From positions 64,069 through 96,068 of IMG/VR virus record IMGVR_UViG_3300045988_073130: a DNA stretch of 32,000 bases; one strand, 5' to 3'. Made by a program: the position numbers and the translations under genes. Origin of the DNA: a virus. Positions 17,594 to 25,535 of this stretch are shown piece after piece. Within the stretch, counting starts at the first letter, position 1, and each line of letters starts with the position of its first letter. Under the pieces are notes generated by a model, which ran no database searches, was not told the origin of the DNA, and was given only the letters and a program-made list of their open reading frames with translations.

Positions 17594-18046
17594 ATGGAAA
17601 GTCTGAAACAATTTCGTGTTAATTTTCAAGTTACCTTTTGGTGTGAAGGTCGCAAGGGTATTTTCTCTAAGAAGCCTTATAAATTTACGGTATCATTTTG
17701 TGATGATATTATACTTTCTACCTTTTTAATCAATGCTCGAACCGAAAAAGAAGCGGTTAAAACGGGGAAAAACTATGTTGAAAATATAGTTCAATGTTGG
17801 GTTGAACAGTCAGAAGAAAATCAAGCCACAGGCGAATATATGATTTTAACTGGAAATATGGCTGATACAAAAAGATTTGAGTGGTCGCCTAAAATCTACG
17901 CCATTACCGGGTATGAAATTAAATTTATTTCTTGTGAAATGGTTTGCGACTGGGCAAAAGAAAGGGTCGAGAGAGCGGCAAGAGAACTGACTATGGAGCA
18001 ATTTAAGCAAGTTTTTAGTGAAATTCCGGCTGAGATTTTTCATTAA
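17594..18046 (+). CDS. Hypothetical protein (150 aa)
   Basis: ATG follows AAAGGAGA; the track start at 17558 overlaps the -10 element. TAA stop. Confidence 0.6.
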   Translation: MESLKQFRVNFQVTFWCEGRKGIFSKKPYKFTVSFCDDIILSTFLINARTEKEAVKTGKNYVENIVQCWVEQSEENQATGEYMILTGNMADTKRFEWSPKIYAITGYEIKFISCEMVCDWAKERVERAARELTMEQFKQVFSEIPAEIFH

Positions 18047-18063
18047 AGAAAGGAGATTTTTAG

Positions 18064-18315
18064 ATGGTTGATATTGATTTCAACAAACTGAATGACGAGG
18101 AGTTGCAATGGTTGAGTGCTACAGCCTATAAAGAAGTGGCACTTAGAAAACAAAAAGCGCGAGAGAAAGATTGGAATAGTCTAATCGAAGAGATAGACGA
18201 GTATTGTAAAAAGTATGGAGAAATAACTATCGTTGAATATGGAGATAAATTTGTTCTTGAATTTCCGATACGGTGTAACTGTATAGGAGAAATCAATTTA
18301 GAAAACGAGGATTAA
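18064..18315 (+). CDS. Hypothetical protein (83 aa)
   Basis: Track ORF; AAAGGAGA RBS; TAA stop followed by a terminator. Confidence 0.6.
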   Translation: MVDIDFNKLNDEELQWLSATAYKEVALRKQKAREKDWNSLIEEIDEYCKKYGEITIVEYGDKFVLEFPIRCNCIGEINLENED

Positions 18316-18317
18316 GA

Positions 18318-18344
18318 AAAGAGAGGCTTTGGCCTCTCTTTTTA
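18318..18344 (+). terminator. Rho-independent terminator
   Basis: AGAGAGGC-TTTG-GCCTCTCT followed by TTTTT. Confidence 0.75.
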
Positions 18345-18365
18345 TTTTATATTTTCTAAACTCGA

Positions 18366-18397
18366 CGGGCCGGTCGCGGGCGACTCGGCCCGAATTT
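18366..18397 (+). repeat. Sixth copy (F) of the GC-rich cassette hairpin, followed by different boxes
   Basis: CGGGCCG/CGGCCCG, with the same TCGACGG left flank as copy D. The downstream boxes are CATAGCGCAA, TCATAGCAA, CATAACGCAA instead of TTGCACAA. Confidence 0.55.
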
Positions 18398-19130
18398 CCC
18401 CGATCGGACCATAGCGCAAAATTTTCATAGCAACTTGGCCATAACGCAACTTCATAGCAATTTTCCCAAAATTCATAACGCCATCTTTCAAACACCGATC
18501 GGCCCTACTTTACTTCTTTCTTTATCTAGTTCCGATCGGTCCAGCAATATTGGCTCTCTCGTCCAATTTTTTATAATAAAAATCTTAAAATTGTCAAGTA
18601 TTCACAGTACCAAAACTTTCTAAAATACAACTAGCAATAGCAAAGATATAGCTATGAAAAACAAATACGACCAGAGATTTCTTTCGCGGAACCGATCGGT
18701 TTAACACGATTTTATGATAAAAAATAGCTCAAAAATAGAGATTTTAGCTAGATAAACCGATCGGCCCGCGATCTTTTACCTCTTGTTATCGCAAAATATA
18801 ACAAAAAACCTCTAAAATCTTGCAAAAATGCGCGTTTTTCTAACAAATTTACTTAAAAATAAGCAAAAAATGCCTCGTTTTTCTCAAAATTTCTTGATAT
18901 TCACAGAATTAAAACCATTAAAGATACAGCAAACAATAGTAAAGATGTTGCTAACTATTTGAAAAGGAAAAATCTTTTCCGCGGGATTCCGTTAAAGCGA
19001 TCTTTTTATCTAGACCCGATCGGTTCGACAATATATAAAAAATATAATATAATATATACATAAGATAAAGAAAAGGAGGATTTTAGTTTAAGAAGCATCA
19101 TAACGCTTTTTCTAACTAAAAGAACTTATT

Positions 19131-19586
19131 ATGAATAGTTATGAGATTATGATTCGTGATGCAATGCAGAATGGTTCTACTCAGGAGGAGATTGCAAAGG
19201 CATTTACTGATGCTATGAATAGAATCTCCGAGGCTAACGCCGCAGACCATGAACGAGATATTCTTCTGGATGAGATTGAGTCTACTTTTTATGGCAATGT
19301 TGATGATTTGTCTCTCACTGAGGATGACGTTGGTCGTGTAGCTGCGCTGGTTTATAGCAAGAGCAATCCTAAGTGGACAGCAAATGATATTAAGCAGTTT
19401 ATGCAGGCTATGACTGTAACTGCTAAGACTTCCGCTCGAGTAGTCAATGCAAAGAGTCTTGATGAAGTAATTGACATTGCTGTTGACTCTATTTCTGATG
19501 CTCTCGCAAAGAGTGTGCCTCAGGTTAAGGGTAATACTAAGTCTGATGAAGATAGTATTATGGAGTTTTTGAAGCATTTAAAGTAA
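19131..19586 (+). CDS. Hypothetical acidic protein (151 aa)
   Basis: Track ORF with a TAA stop and terminator, but a poor SD. The antisense ORF 19116..19577 is its shadow. Confidence 0.55.
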   Translation: MNSYEIMIRDAMQNGSTQEEIAKAFTDAMNRISEANAADHERDILLDEIESTFYGNVDDLSLTEDDVGRVAALVYSKSNPKWTANDIKQFMQAMTVTAKTSARVVNAKSLDEVIDIAVDSISDALAKSVPQVKGNTKSDEDSIMEFLKHLK

Positions 19587-19605
19587 CAAGAGGAAAAAGA
19601 TTAAA

Positions 19606-19640
19606 GGAGAGAGAAGTATTGTAGCTTCTCTCCTTTTTTA
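19606..19640 (+). terminator. Rho-independent terminator
   Basis: GAGAGAAG (19609-19616) pairs with CTTCTCTC (19625-19632), followed by TTTTTT. Confidence 0.7.
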
Positions 19641-19830
19641 TATATATTATAATCGCGGAAGGCTAGGTTTACGATCGTTGTGACGAGTGTTGTGATGGTT
19701 CGTACCTAGACCCGATCGGCACCCAACTCCATCATTTTATAAACTTCTTTTAATTTCCTTTAATTTCTTTCAATCTTCATATCTACATCTCTATCCAGTT
19801 CTATTTATCTCTCTTATCCTTCCAACCAAA

Positions 19831-19983
19831 TCATATTTTATCTCGATTTTTCAATTCGATTTCTCTAAAACCTTCTTCTAACTTTTCAATTCGTTTTTCT
19901 AAATCGGTTATAGAGTCCTCTAAATCTTGAGTAAAAACATCTATACTTATCTACTTCTTCCTTCTACCTTTAAATACTTCCAT
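19831..19983 (-). CDS. Small coiled-coil protein (50 aa) with 1 in-frame TAG
   Basis: ATG at 19983 follows GGAGGA. Translation MEVFKGRRKK-Q-ISIDVFTQDLEDSITDLEKRIEKLEEGF...; TGA stop at 19831-19833. Confidence 0.45.
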
Positions 19984-19999
19984 GCCTTAATCCTCCTAC

Positions 20000-20328
20000 T
20001 CATCGCTTTTTCACAAATACATAAAAAAGTCGCGACTGTTATCTTAACTCTGTTATCTAATATATGTTATATTTGTTGTATTGTCAGAATACCATGAAAT
20101 GGATTTTTATTTACTTTCATGGTATTGTCAGAATACTATGACATGGTATTGTTGGAAAGCTATGAAAATCCTTTTTATTTAATTTCATAGTATTATCAGA
20201 ATACCATGAAAACAATTTCATCGTTTTCCAACAAATACATGAAAATTTCATAGCTTTTTCACAATATGATGAAATCATAGTATTCTCAGAAATACATGAA
20301 ATTTTTCATAGTATTGCAGAAATACGAT
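20000..20328. repeat. Array of about nine 27-30 bp palindromic units
   Basis: Consensus TTTCATGGTATT-GTCAGA-ATACCATGAAA. Units start at about 20000, 20073, 20115, 20139, 20183, 20216, 20246, 20274 and 20304. Units 20115 and 20183 are near-perfect inverted repeats. No unique spacers lie between units. Confidence 0.75.
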
Positions 20329-20717
20329 TAAAAAGAAAATTTCTCTCCATCTGGAGCTATATAATTATACTTATCGTCGTCACTATCAATAGGAATCTCG
20401 TAAAAATCGTAATATCCTTTTCTCTCAACTGGAACTAAATATCCCTTTTTTACCAATCCATCTACTGCACTTGTATATTTCGCTCTCTTTATACCAAGCT
20501 CTTTTTCTATAATAGTAGGCCCAAAATCATAATCAGTTAACCTCTCAGATTGACTAGCAAAAAATATCCACAAAGAGAACTCTCCATCTGTCAACTCTCT
20601 ACGGGCCGCAAATAACGCTTCCTTATTAATCCTAGCATATATATTATTAGTATCACATGGTTCCTTATGAATATGATTAATAGTTCGCTAATTAGGACTT
20701 CTTCTTTTGTCTGCCAT
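20328..20717 (-). CDS. Winged-helix DNA-binding protein (129 aa), paralog of 30314..30814; 1 in-frame TAG
   Basis: ATG at 20717 follows GGAGGA; TAG at 20688-20690. It aligns by eye with 30314..30814: PNQR...I[HN]..H, [IY]FAS, KKGYL/DKGYL, YDFYE[IT]P. TAA stop at 20328-20330, abutting the palindrome array. Confidence 0.55.
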
Positions 20718-20913
20718 GGCAATCATCCTCCAATAGCGAACTTATCCCTTTATACTTCTAAACTGCATCCCTTAAATCCTAACTATCTTCAAAAAGATAA
20801 ACATTTAACCAAGGTTTCTAAACATTAGGAACAGTTCCAACAATAATAAAACCAAGATCACAAAGTTTGCGTGCTAACTTTACCGTAAAAACTTTATAAG
20901 TATCATTAGTCAT
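20692..20913 (-). CDS. DUF5659-like small protein (73 aa) with 3 in-frame TAG
   Basis: ATG at 20913 follows AAGGAGA. Translation MTNDTYKVFTVKLARKLCDLGF....VYLFEDS.DL. TAA stop at 20692-20694 overlaps the next gene. The family call is from memory only. Confidence 0.4.
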
Positions 20914-20928
20914 TTAGTTTAATCTCCT

Positions 20929-21072
20929 TTAGTCTATTTTATTTTTCTCAATATATTCTTTAACAGCCTTTCTAATTACCTAAGACATTGTTAAATCACA
21001 ACTCTTAGCAAAGACTTCCAAATCTTTCTTCTCTTCCTCTGTTAATCTAACAGAAACAGTGGAATAATTCAT
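20929..21072 (-). CDS. Ribbon-helix-helix (CopG/Arc-type) repressor (47 aa) with 1 in-frame TAG
   Basis: Translation MNYSTVSVRLTEEEKKDLEVFAKSCDLTMS-Q-VIRKAVKEYIEKN, the classic RHH pattern. GAGGTGA RBS. TAG at codon 31. Confidence 0.65.
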
Positions 21073-21125
21073 AAAATCACCTCTCTACTATTCTTTACTT
21101 TTATTATAACATAATTTTCCGGTTT

Positions 21126-21265
21126 TGTCCTAAAATTTGTTAAACTTTTTTCTAAAATTATAAACAATAGAACAATCAATACATTAGAAAATTTTGGACA
21201 AGTCATTAGAAAAAATCGGACACTTTATTAGAAATTTTTGGACACTCGTTAGAAAATTTTGGACA
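21126..21265. promoter_or_regulatory. Operator array: four tandem TTAGAAAATTTTGGACA repeats plus one inverted copy
   Basis: Direct copies at 21184, 21206, 21228 and 21249 (spacing 22, 22, 21 bp). The inverted copy at 21126-21143 overlaps the -35 region of a minus-strand TGnTATAAT promoter upstream of the RHH gene. Confidence 0.65.
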
Positions 21266-21443
21266 AAAATACCTCTATGACCATTTTATTAAAATTACCG
21301 CGGAATTGTCAATTTCTCTGCCTAAAAAATTCCCGCATCCCCGCGAGAAATTATGACGGTTCGTTATAATCCATAAGATTTACTTGCGTATCTTAATAAA
21401 ATATGGTAATATATTTATATAAATAAGAAAAGAGGTTTTACTT

Positions 21444-21950
21444 ATGCCATTAGCTATTGGATTCTTTATATTACTCATGGTTACATCTCTTATAGTATTA
21501 TATAAAGACTGTGACTCTTTTGCAGAATATCTATTCTCTACAATTCTCGGAGTTGTACTTTCAGCATTTATCGCTTTCTTATTTGCGATTATAATTTGTG
21601 GTATTGTTATTTTTGTTGAACCCGCAACCTATTCTGCGAAAACCACTCAAACATATTCTATTACTGCTTTGAGTGATAATTTTAGTTCTTACGTAGGCCG
21701 TTATTATACAGAAGATGGGCTCTATTACTCATTCCTGTATCAAACCGATAAAGGTGTAACCGCCAAATCTATTGAGGCAGATCAGTCCTATATTAAGAAT
21801 ACAGATGATGCCCCATACATAGAAGAAAACAAAATCCGTTTTAAAAACCCAGTTTTGAATTTCCTGCTTGGACCCTGGTCTACTGAGTATACCATCTATA
21901 TTCCAGAAGATTCATTTATCCAAGAGAATTATGTAATCGACCTTGAGTAA
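21444..21950 (+). CDS. Membrane protein (168 aa), two N-terminal TM helices
   Basis: Track ORF. Promoter TTGCGT-N17-TAATAT upstream. Hydrophobic stretches are AIGFFILLMVTSLIVL and LGVVLSAFIAFLFAIIICGIVIFV. Confidence 0.6.
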   Translation: MPLAIGFFILLMVTSLIVLYKDCDSFAEYLFSTILGVVLSAFIAFLFAIIICGIVIFVEPATYSAKTTQTYSITALSDNFSSYVGRYYTEDGLYYSFLYQTDKGVTAKSIEADQSYIKNTDDAPYIEENKIRFKNPVLNFLLGPWSTEYTIYIPEDSFIQENYVIDLE

Positions 21951-21953
21951 AAT

Positions 21954-21987
21954 AAAGACGCTCTTAAAAGAGCGTCTTTATTTTTTT
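21954..21987 (+). terminator. Rho-independent terminator
   Basis: AAAGACGCTCTT pairs with AAGAGCGTCTTT, followed by a T-run of 7. Confidence 0.75.
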
Positions 21988-22039
21988 ATAAAATTATTAT
22001 ATAATATATATAGAAAGTTAAGGAAAGGAAGTAAAAGTT

Positions 22040-22474
22040 ATGAAGATTAGTGAACTGATTAAATCAGAAGGATATAAGAACTCCACTGTAAGAATCTGCG
22101 AGTTCCTCGGCTTTTCTGATACAGACCAACTCAAAAGAGCTAAATTCTTCGCTATTCAAGAAACTTATAGTCCTATTCCGATTCTTGGGGTTAGTATTAG
22201 TAATGGAGACCCAACTTGGCGGTTATGCGAAGTAGATAATAATGTAAGAGATCTCTATTCTGTTGATGAAGGATATAAAATTCGCCTTAAAATTTGCAAC
22301 GAGTTCGGAGGTCGTACTTACTATCAAAGTGACTTTCTTTCCTTGCTAAAAAGTGGACATATTGTTTACTGTCCCGATGAAAATAAATATGAAATTAAAC
22401 ACATCATTTGCGCAGAAAAAATCAGCAATGGAGCAATCTTAATTCATGAGTTTGATTCTGTAGAGGAGGTATAA
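22040..22474 (+). CDS. Hypothetical protein (144 aa)
   Basis: Track ORF; TATAAT promoter with the ATATATAGAAAG leader; SD AGGAAAGGAAG. Confidence 0.6.
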   Translation: MKISELIKSEGYKNSTVRICEFLGFSDTDQLKRAKFFAIQETYSPIPILGVSISNGDPTWRLCEVDNNVRDLYSVDEGYKIRLKICNEFGGRTYYQSDFLSLLKSGHIVYCPDENKYEIKHIICAEKISNGAILIHEFDSVEEV

Positions 22475-22477
22475 AAT

Positions 22478-22669
22478 ATGGATATGTCATTTTTCGCATA
22501 CACTGGCGCTTTTGAACTGGCTGCTCGAGAATTGGCTTCAAAGCCATGGGCTATGAATGATCCATCTCAGCAAGCTCAAATCTGCGCAAAATACGGCATC
22601 TTTTTTGATAACATAACAGATGATGAAATTGATATGCTTTCTCAAATGGTTGAAGAGTATTCTAATTAA
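22478..22669 (+). CDS. Hypothetical acidic protein (63 aa)
   Basis: Track ORF; GAGGAGG RBS. Confidence 0.55.
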   Translation: MDMSFFAYTGAFELAARELASKPWAMNDPSQQAQICAKYGIFFDNITDDEIDMLSQMVEEYSN

Positions 22670-22685
22670 AGAAAGGAAGAGAAAT

Positions 22686-23222
22686 ATGATTGGTGAGACT
22701 ATTACTGTAAATGGAGTAAAGTGCCTTGTTCTTGACGAAATTGATGGTAACCCCTTCGTAATTGCACTTGAAGTGGGAATTGATTTTGTCTTTGGAAATT
22801 CTAATAACTATAAAGAGAGTACATTGCGGAAGGGCGCTGAGGCTTGGCTTAAGAAAACTGGCATCAAGGCTATTCCGCGCGATGTTGACCTGACTGCAAT
22901 GGATGGATATAAAGGATATGGTTCGCTAAATACCACTGTTGCACCACTTACCTTCGATGAACATCGAAAGTATAATCATATCCTAACCCCTCATATCAAG
23001 GATTCGTTCTGGCTTGTTACTCCTTGGGGAAGCCCTGAAAAGGATAATTGGGCCTCGATCTACGTTTGCGGTGTCTACACCGATGGATCTGCGGACTACA
23101 CCTACTACGGCGGCAGCATCGGGCTGGCGCCGGCTTTCATTCTTGATAAAAATGGGAAATCTCTTAGTGACTTTACTAACGAGGAGCTAATTGCTGAACT
23201 CAACAAGAGACTGAAGGTATAA
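22686..23222 (+). CDS. Hypothetical protein (178 aa), DUF6273-like
   Basis: ATG follows AAAGGAAGAG; the track start at 22620 is inside the previous gene. Motifs FWLVTPWGSP and GLAPAFIL recall DUF6273, from memory only. Confidence 0.5.
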   Translation: MIGETITVNGVKCLVLDEIDGNPFVIALEVGIDFVFGNSNNYKESTLRKGAEAWLKKTGIKAIPRDVDLTAMDGYKGYGSLNTTVAPLTFDEHRKYNHILTPHIKDSFWLVTPWGSPEKDNWASIYVCGVYTDGSADYTYYGGSIGLAPAFILDKNGKSLSDFTNEELIAELNKRLKV

Positions 23223-23225
23223 GAT

Positions 23226-24101
23226 ATGTATATCCTCAATTCAAGTCTTATAAATCTTATCCTTACCGAATACGCCGAAAAAGTTAAATTCGGTTATAAT
23301 AAAATTTCGTATGATTCGTGGAGAACCCTAAAGAAACTAAGTAATACTAGTACCGATTATATAGTCAAAATAGAGATTACAGATAAAAACTCTATGCTCT
23401 ATTTAACTGACACCGGAACCGATATTACCAGCGCGATCCCTGTAACTGATGGATTCGCTTATCTTGTTAAAGAAAGGACTATTCATATGGTTGACACCAA
23501 TTCTAACATCAATGCGCCTATGCCCAACAAAAGCGGAAACACTACTCGAAAAGGCTTTAATATGAACTTTGATTTTGGCCCTTGCGGAGATGAGGTGGCC
23601 TTTTCTCCTTATGGCTTGGCTATTCGTAATTCTAAGGGTGAATATTTTACCTATAATCCTACCTCTAAGCAGACCATTGATGTGACTGGTTTTACTTTCA
23701 CCTTCCAGAATATGGTATATCGTATGCCTGTCGCGGCTTCTGCTGTAAAGGAAGGCGACATGATTATTCATAAGCATCACCCCATGTTCGTTTCGTCAAT
23801 TTCTGAAGGTAACATTGAAGTCATTGATATCCTTGAGTCTGAGGTTAAAACTGTAATTCCCACCTCTAATCCCTTTGGCTTTAACTTTATTACCAAGATT
23901 ATGCCTATCGTAAACTTTGGTAATACTGCACCTTCTCCTGACCAGCCTTTTGGCAATCTCATGCCTATGATGATGGCAAGCATGGTGTTTGGCAATAATG
24001 ATGGCAATAATGGAAACGATATGGGTAAAATGTTTATGCTTTCTGCTATGATGGGCAACTCTAATCCTTTTAGCTTCCTCACTGGAGACACATCTAAGTA
24101 A
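23226..24101 (+). CDS. Hypothetical protein (291 aa) with Met/Asn/Gly-rich C-terminal tail
   Basis: Track ORF. The tail reads PFGNLMPMMMASMVFGNNDGNNGNDMGKMFMLSAMMGNSNPF. Three antisense track ORFs are shadows. Confidence 0.6.
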   Translation: MYILNSSLINLILTEYAEKVKFGYNKISYDSWRTLKKLSNTSTDYIVKIEITDKNSMLYLTDTGTDITSAIPVTDGFAYLVKERTIHMVDTNSNINAPMPNKSGNTTRKGFNMNFDFGPCGDEVAFSPYGLAIRNSKGEYFTYNPTSKQTIDVTGFTFTFQNMVYRMPVAASAVKEGDMIIHKHHPMFVSSISEGNIEVIDILESEVKTVIPTSNPFGFNFITKIMPIVNFGNTAPSPDQPFGNLMPMMMASMVFGNNDGNNGNDMGKMFMLSAMMGNSNPFSFLTGDTSK

Positions 24102-24107
24102 TCCTAA

Positions 24108-24140
24108 TAGGCGAGATTGGAGAATTTCCAATCTCGCCTA
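24108..24140 (+). terminator. 13-bp hairpin, probable terminator
   Basis: TAGGCGAGATTGG pairs with CCAATCTCGCCTA. A T-run begins about 15 nt later. Confidence 0.55.
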
Positions 24141-24229
24141 CCCGCGCATCTTCTATTTTTTTCTTTTGTTGCAATTATATTTATTATAATATATAATAAA
24201 TATATAAAATAAGAAAGGAAGTAAATGCC

Positions 24230-24460
24230 ATGACTGCTATTATTACTTGCTCTATTGAAAATAAAACTTTTGAGAGCCATTTCCCTATTGATAGAGAAAC
24301 TCCTGAGTATATGATCGCGGACGAGGCATATAGGCTTGCTATTCTTTTCGCACAAACTCAATTTATCGCAAAATTCGGTAGAATTATTTCTGGATATGAT
24401 TTTGGCGAATTTCTCAAAAATCTTGATTATGATTATAAAATCAAAGAAGAGGCATCTTAA
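24230..24460 (+). CDS. Hypothetical protein (76 aa)
   Basis: Track ORF; SD GAAAGGAAGTAAA. Confidence 0.55.
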   Translation: MTAIITCSIENKTFESHFPIDRETPEYMIADEAYRLAILFAQTQFIAKFGRIISGYDFGEFLKNLDYDYKIKEEAS

Positions 24461-24476
24461 AACTTTATTAACTAAC

Positions 24477-24510
24477 AAAGAGCTTCCTTAAAGGAAGCTC
24501 TTTTTCTTTT
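24477..24510 (+). terminator. Rho-independent terminator
   Basis: AAAGAGCTTCC pairs with GGAAGCTCTTT, followed by a T-tract. Confidence 0.75.
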
Positions 24511-24570
24511 GCAAAAATTAAAAAATAATGATATAATAATTATAGAAGATGAGGAAAGGAGTATCAAAAG

Positions 24571-24792
24571 ATGAAGAATTACTATGAATACGAGGTAGAA
24601 ATGTTCGAGGAGTTTCAAGTAAAGACTTATCAGGGCATTACATACGGTAACGACTTCGCTGAAGCTCTCAGAAATGTAGCTGATTACTACGGCGAGGAAA
24701 ATTTAAATTCTGTAAAAATTATCCCCTGGGATTGCGAAGGTTGTATTAGCTTGAGCAAGAACGCGCTTAATGAAATTCGTGAAAATCATTAA
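24571..24792 (+). CDS. Hypothetical acidic protein (73 aa)
   Basis: Track ORF; GGAAAGGAG RBS. Confidence 0.55.
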   Translation: MKNYYEYEVEMFEEFQVKTYQGITYGNDFAEALRNVADYYGEENLNSVKIIPWDCEGCISLSKNALNEIRENH

Positions 24793-24805
24793 GGAGGTTT
24801 AAATT

Positions 24806-25288
24806 ATGCCTGTTGCACCTAGTTTTCAGTCCTATAAGCGCATTACTGAAGAGCCTTTTATTAAAAATGGTAAATATTATGTTACTGTAGAGCATCCAAA
24901 TACTAAGAATCATCGAGATGTTCGCTACTATAGCGATGCAGAATATGCAAAAGCCTATGGTAAGAAGATTGTTGATACCGATAAAGGCTATGATGGTCTA
25001 AAGCATGCTCGCGGCTTTGACAATGGGCCTATTCTTGTAATTCGTGGAAATAAGGCCGCTGACGAAGATTGGTTGCGGGAGTCCGTAGCTAGATATGCCG
25101 TAGGGATTGGTTGGTATATCGCTTCTACCGATATTTTCCCTGATGATGCTCCTGAGCATCTGAAGTATCTCCTGCTCGGTTGGGATGAATTCCGTGATGG
25201 AGATGACCGTCATATGAAGAAACCTGCGGATTTGTCTACCTTACTCGATAAAAAAGCTAGAAATAAGGAATGGGTTAAAATGAAATGA
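24806..25288 (+). CDS. Hypothetical protein (160 aa)
   Basis: Track ORF; TAAGGAGG RBS; TGA stop. Confidence 0.6.
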   Translation: MPVAPSFQSYKRITEEPFIKNGKYYVTVEHPNTKNHRDVRYYSDAEYAKAYGKKIVDTDKGYDGLKHARGFDNGPILVIRGNKAADEDWLRESVARYAVGIGWYIASTDIFPDDAPEHLKYLLLGWDEFRDGDDRHMKKPADLSTLLDKKARNKEWVKMK

Positions 25289-25440
25289 AAACTACTCTGC
25301 TGCTAATACTATATATGTTCCTTGTCTTTTCGTCTCTAATACTTCTGTATTCTTCACCAACAATGCTTCACGCAGTCTTATATAGCATCTCCGCAACTTG
25401 TTGGATTACAAATCTAATCCTTTTCATTAGAGATATTTGA
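25285..25440 (+). CDS. Small membrane protein (51 aa, two hydrophobic helices)
   Basis: The start overlaps the previous stop (ATGA). Translation MKTTLLLILYMFLVFSSLILLY...ISATCWITNLILFI. Confidence 0.4.
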   Translation: MKTTLLLILYMFLVFSSLILLYSSPTMLHAVLYSISATCWITNLILFIRDI

Positions 25441-25535
25441 CATAAAAATTACCACTTTAGTCAAGGAATCGGTTTGCAAAAAACAAAAAAATAAGTTATA
25501 ATAAATATAGAAAGTAGGAAAGGAGATTTCTTGTA

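Larger units (their letters stand above)
18400..19719. repeat. Cluster of seven CCGATCGG palindromes in and around a 730-bp ORF-free region
   Basis: Exact copies at 18400, 18495, 18532, 18692, 18757, 19016 and 19712, four of them preceded by CTAG within 2-5 nt. Two diverged direct repeats of about 65 nt begin with TATTCACAG at 18598 and 18898. Confidence 0.7.

Noticed and set aside
18630-18960. Compensatory base changes in a hairpin shared by the two 65-nt direct repeats (ATAGC/GCTAT versus AATAGT/ACTATT)
   Set aside because: When the repeats are aligned, the 3' arms are not at homologous positions, so this is not true covariation. Only the direct repeat itself is reported.
19072-19130. Strong SD (AAAGGAGGA) at 19072-19080, suggesting a missed gene
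   Set aside because: No ATG, GTG or TTG lies within 5-12 nt, and the following frames close within a few codons. It is probably a relic of a cassette. It is mentioned under the CCGATCGG region.
18990-19730. tRNA candidates, especially a CUA suppressor, near GGTTCGA-like strings at 19021 and 19697
   Set aside because: No acceptor/T-arm complementarity or cloverleaf could be drawn. The strings are part of the CCGATCGG contexts. I found no convincing tRNA in the window by eye, and a tRNAscan-type search is still needed.
19600-19734. 44-aa minus-strand ORF (MMELGADRV...) crossing a CCGATCGG site
   Set aside because: It has no SD. It overlaps the terminator of 19131..19586, needs TAG read-through, and has a low-complexity context.
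20000-21265. Possible CRISPR arrays (the palindromic units and the 22-bp tandem repeats)
   Set aside because: The repeats are contiguous or overlapping with no unique spacers. The units are degenerate. They sit in promoter or intergenic positions next to DNA-binding protein genes, and there are no cas genes.
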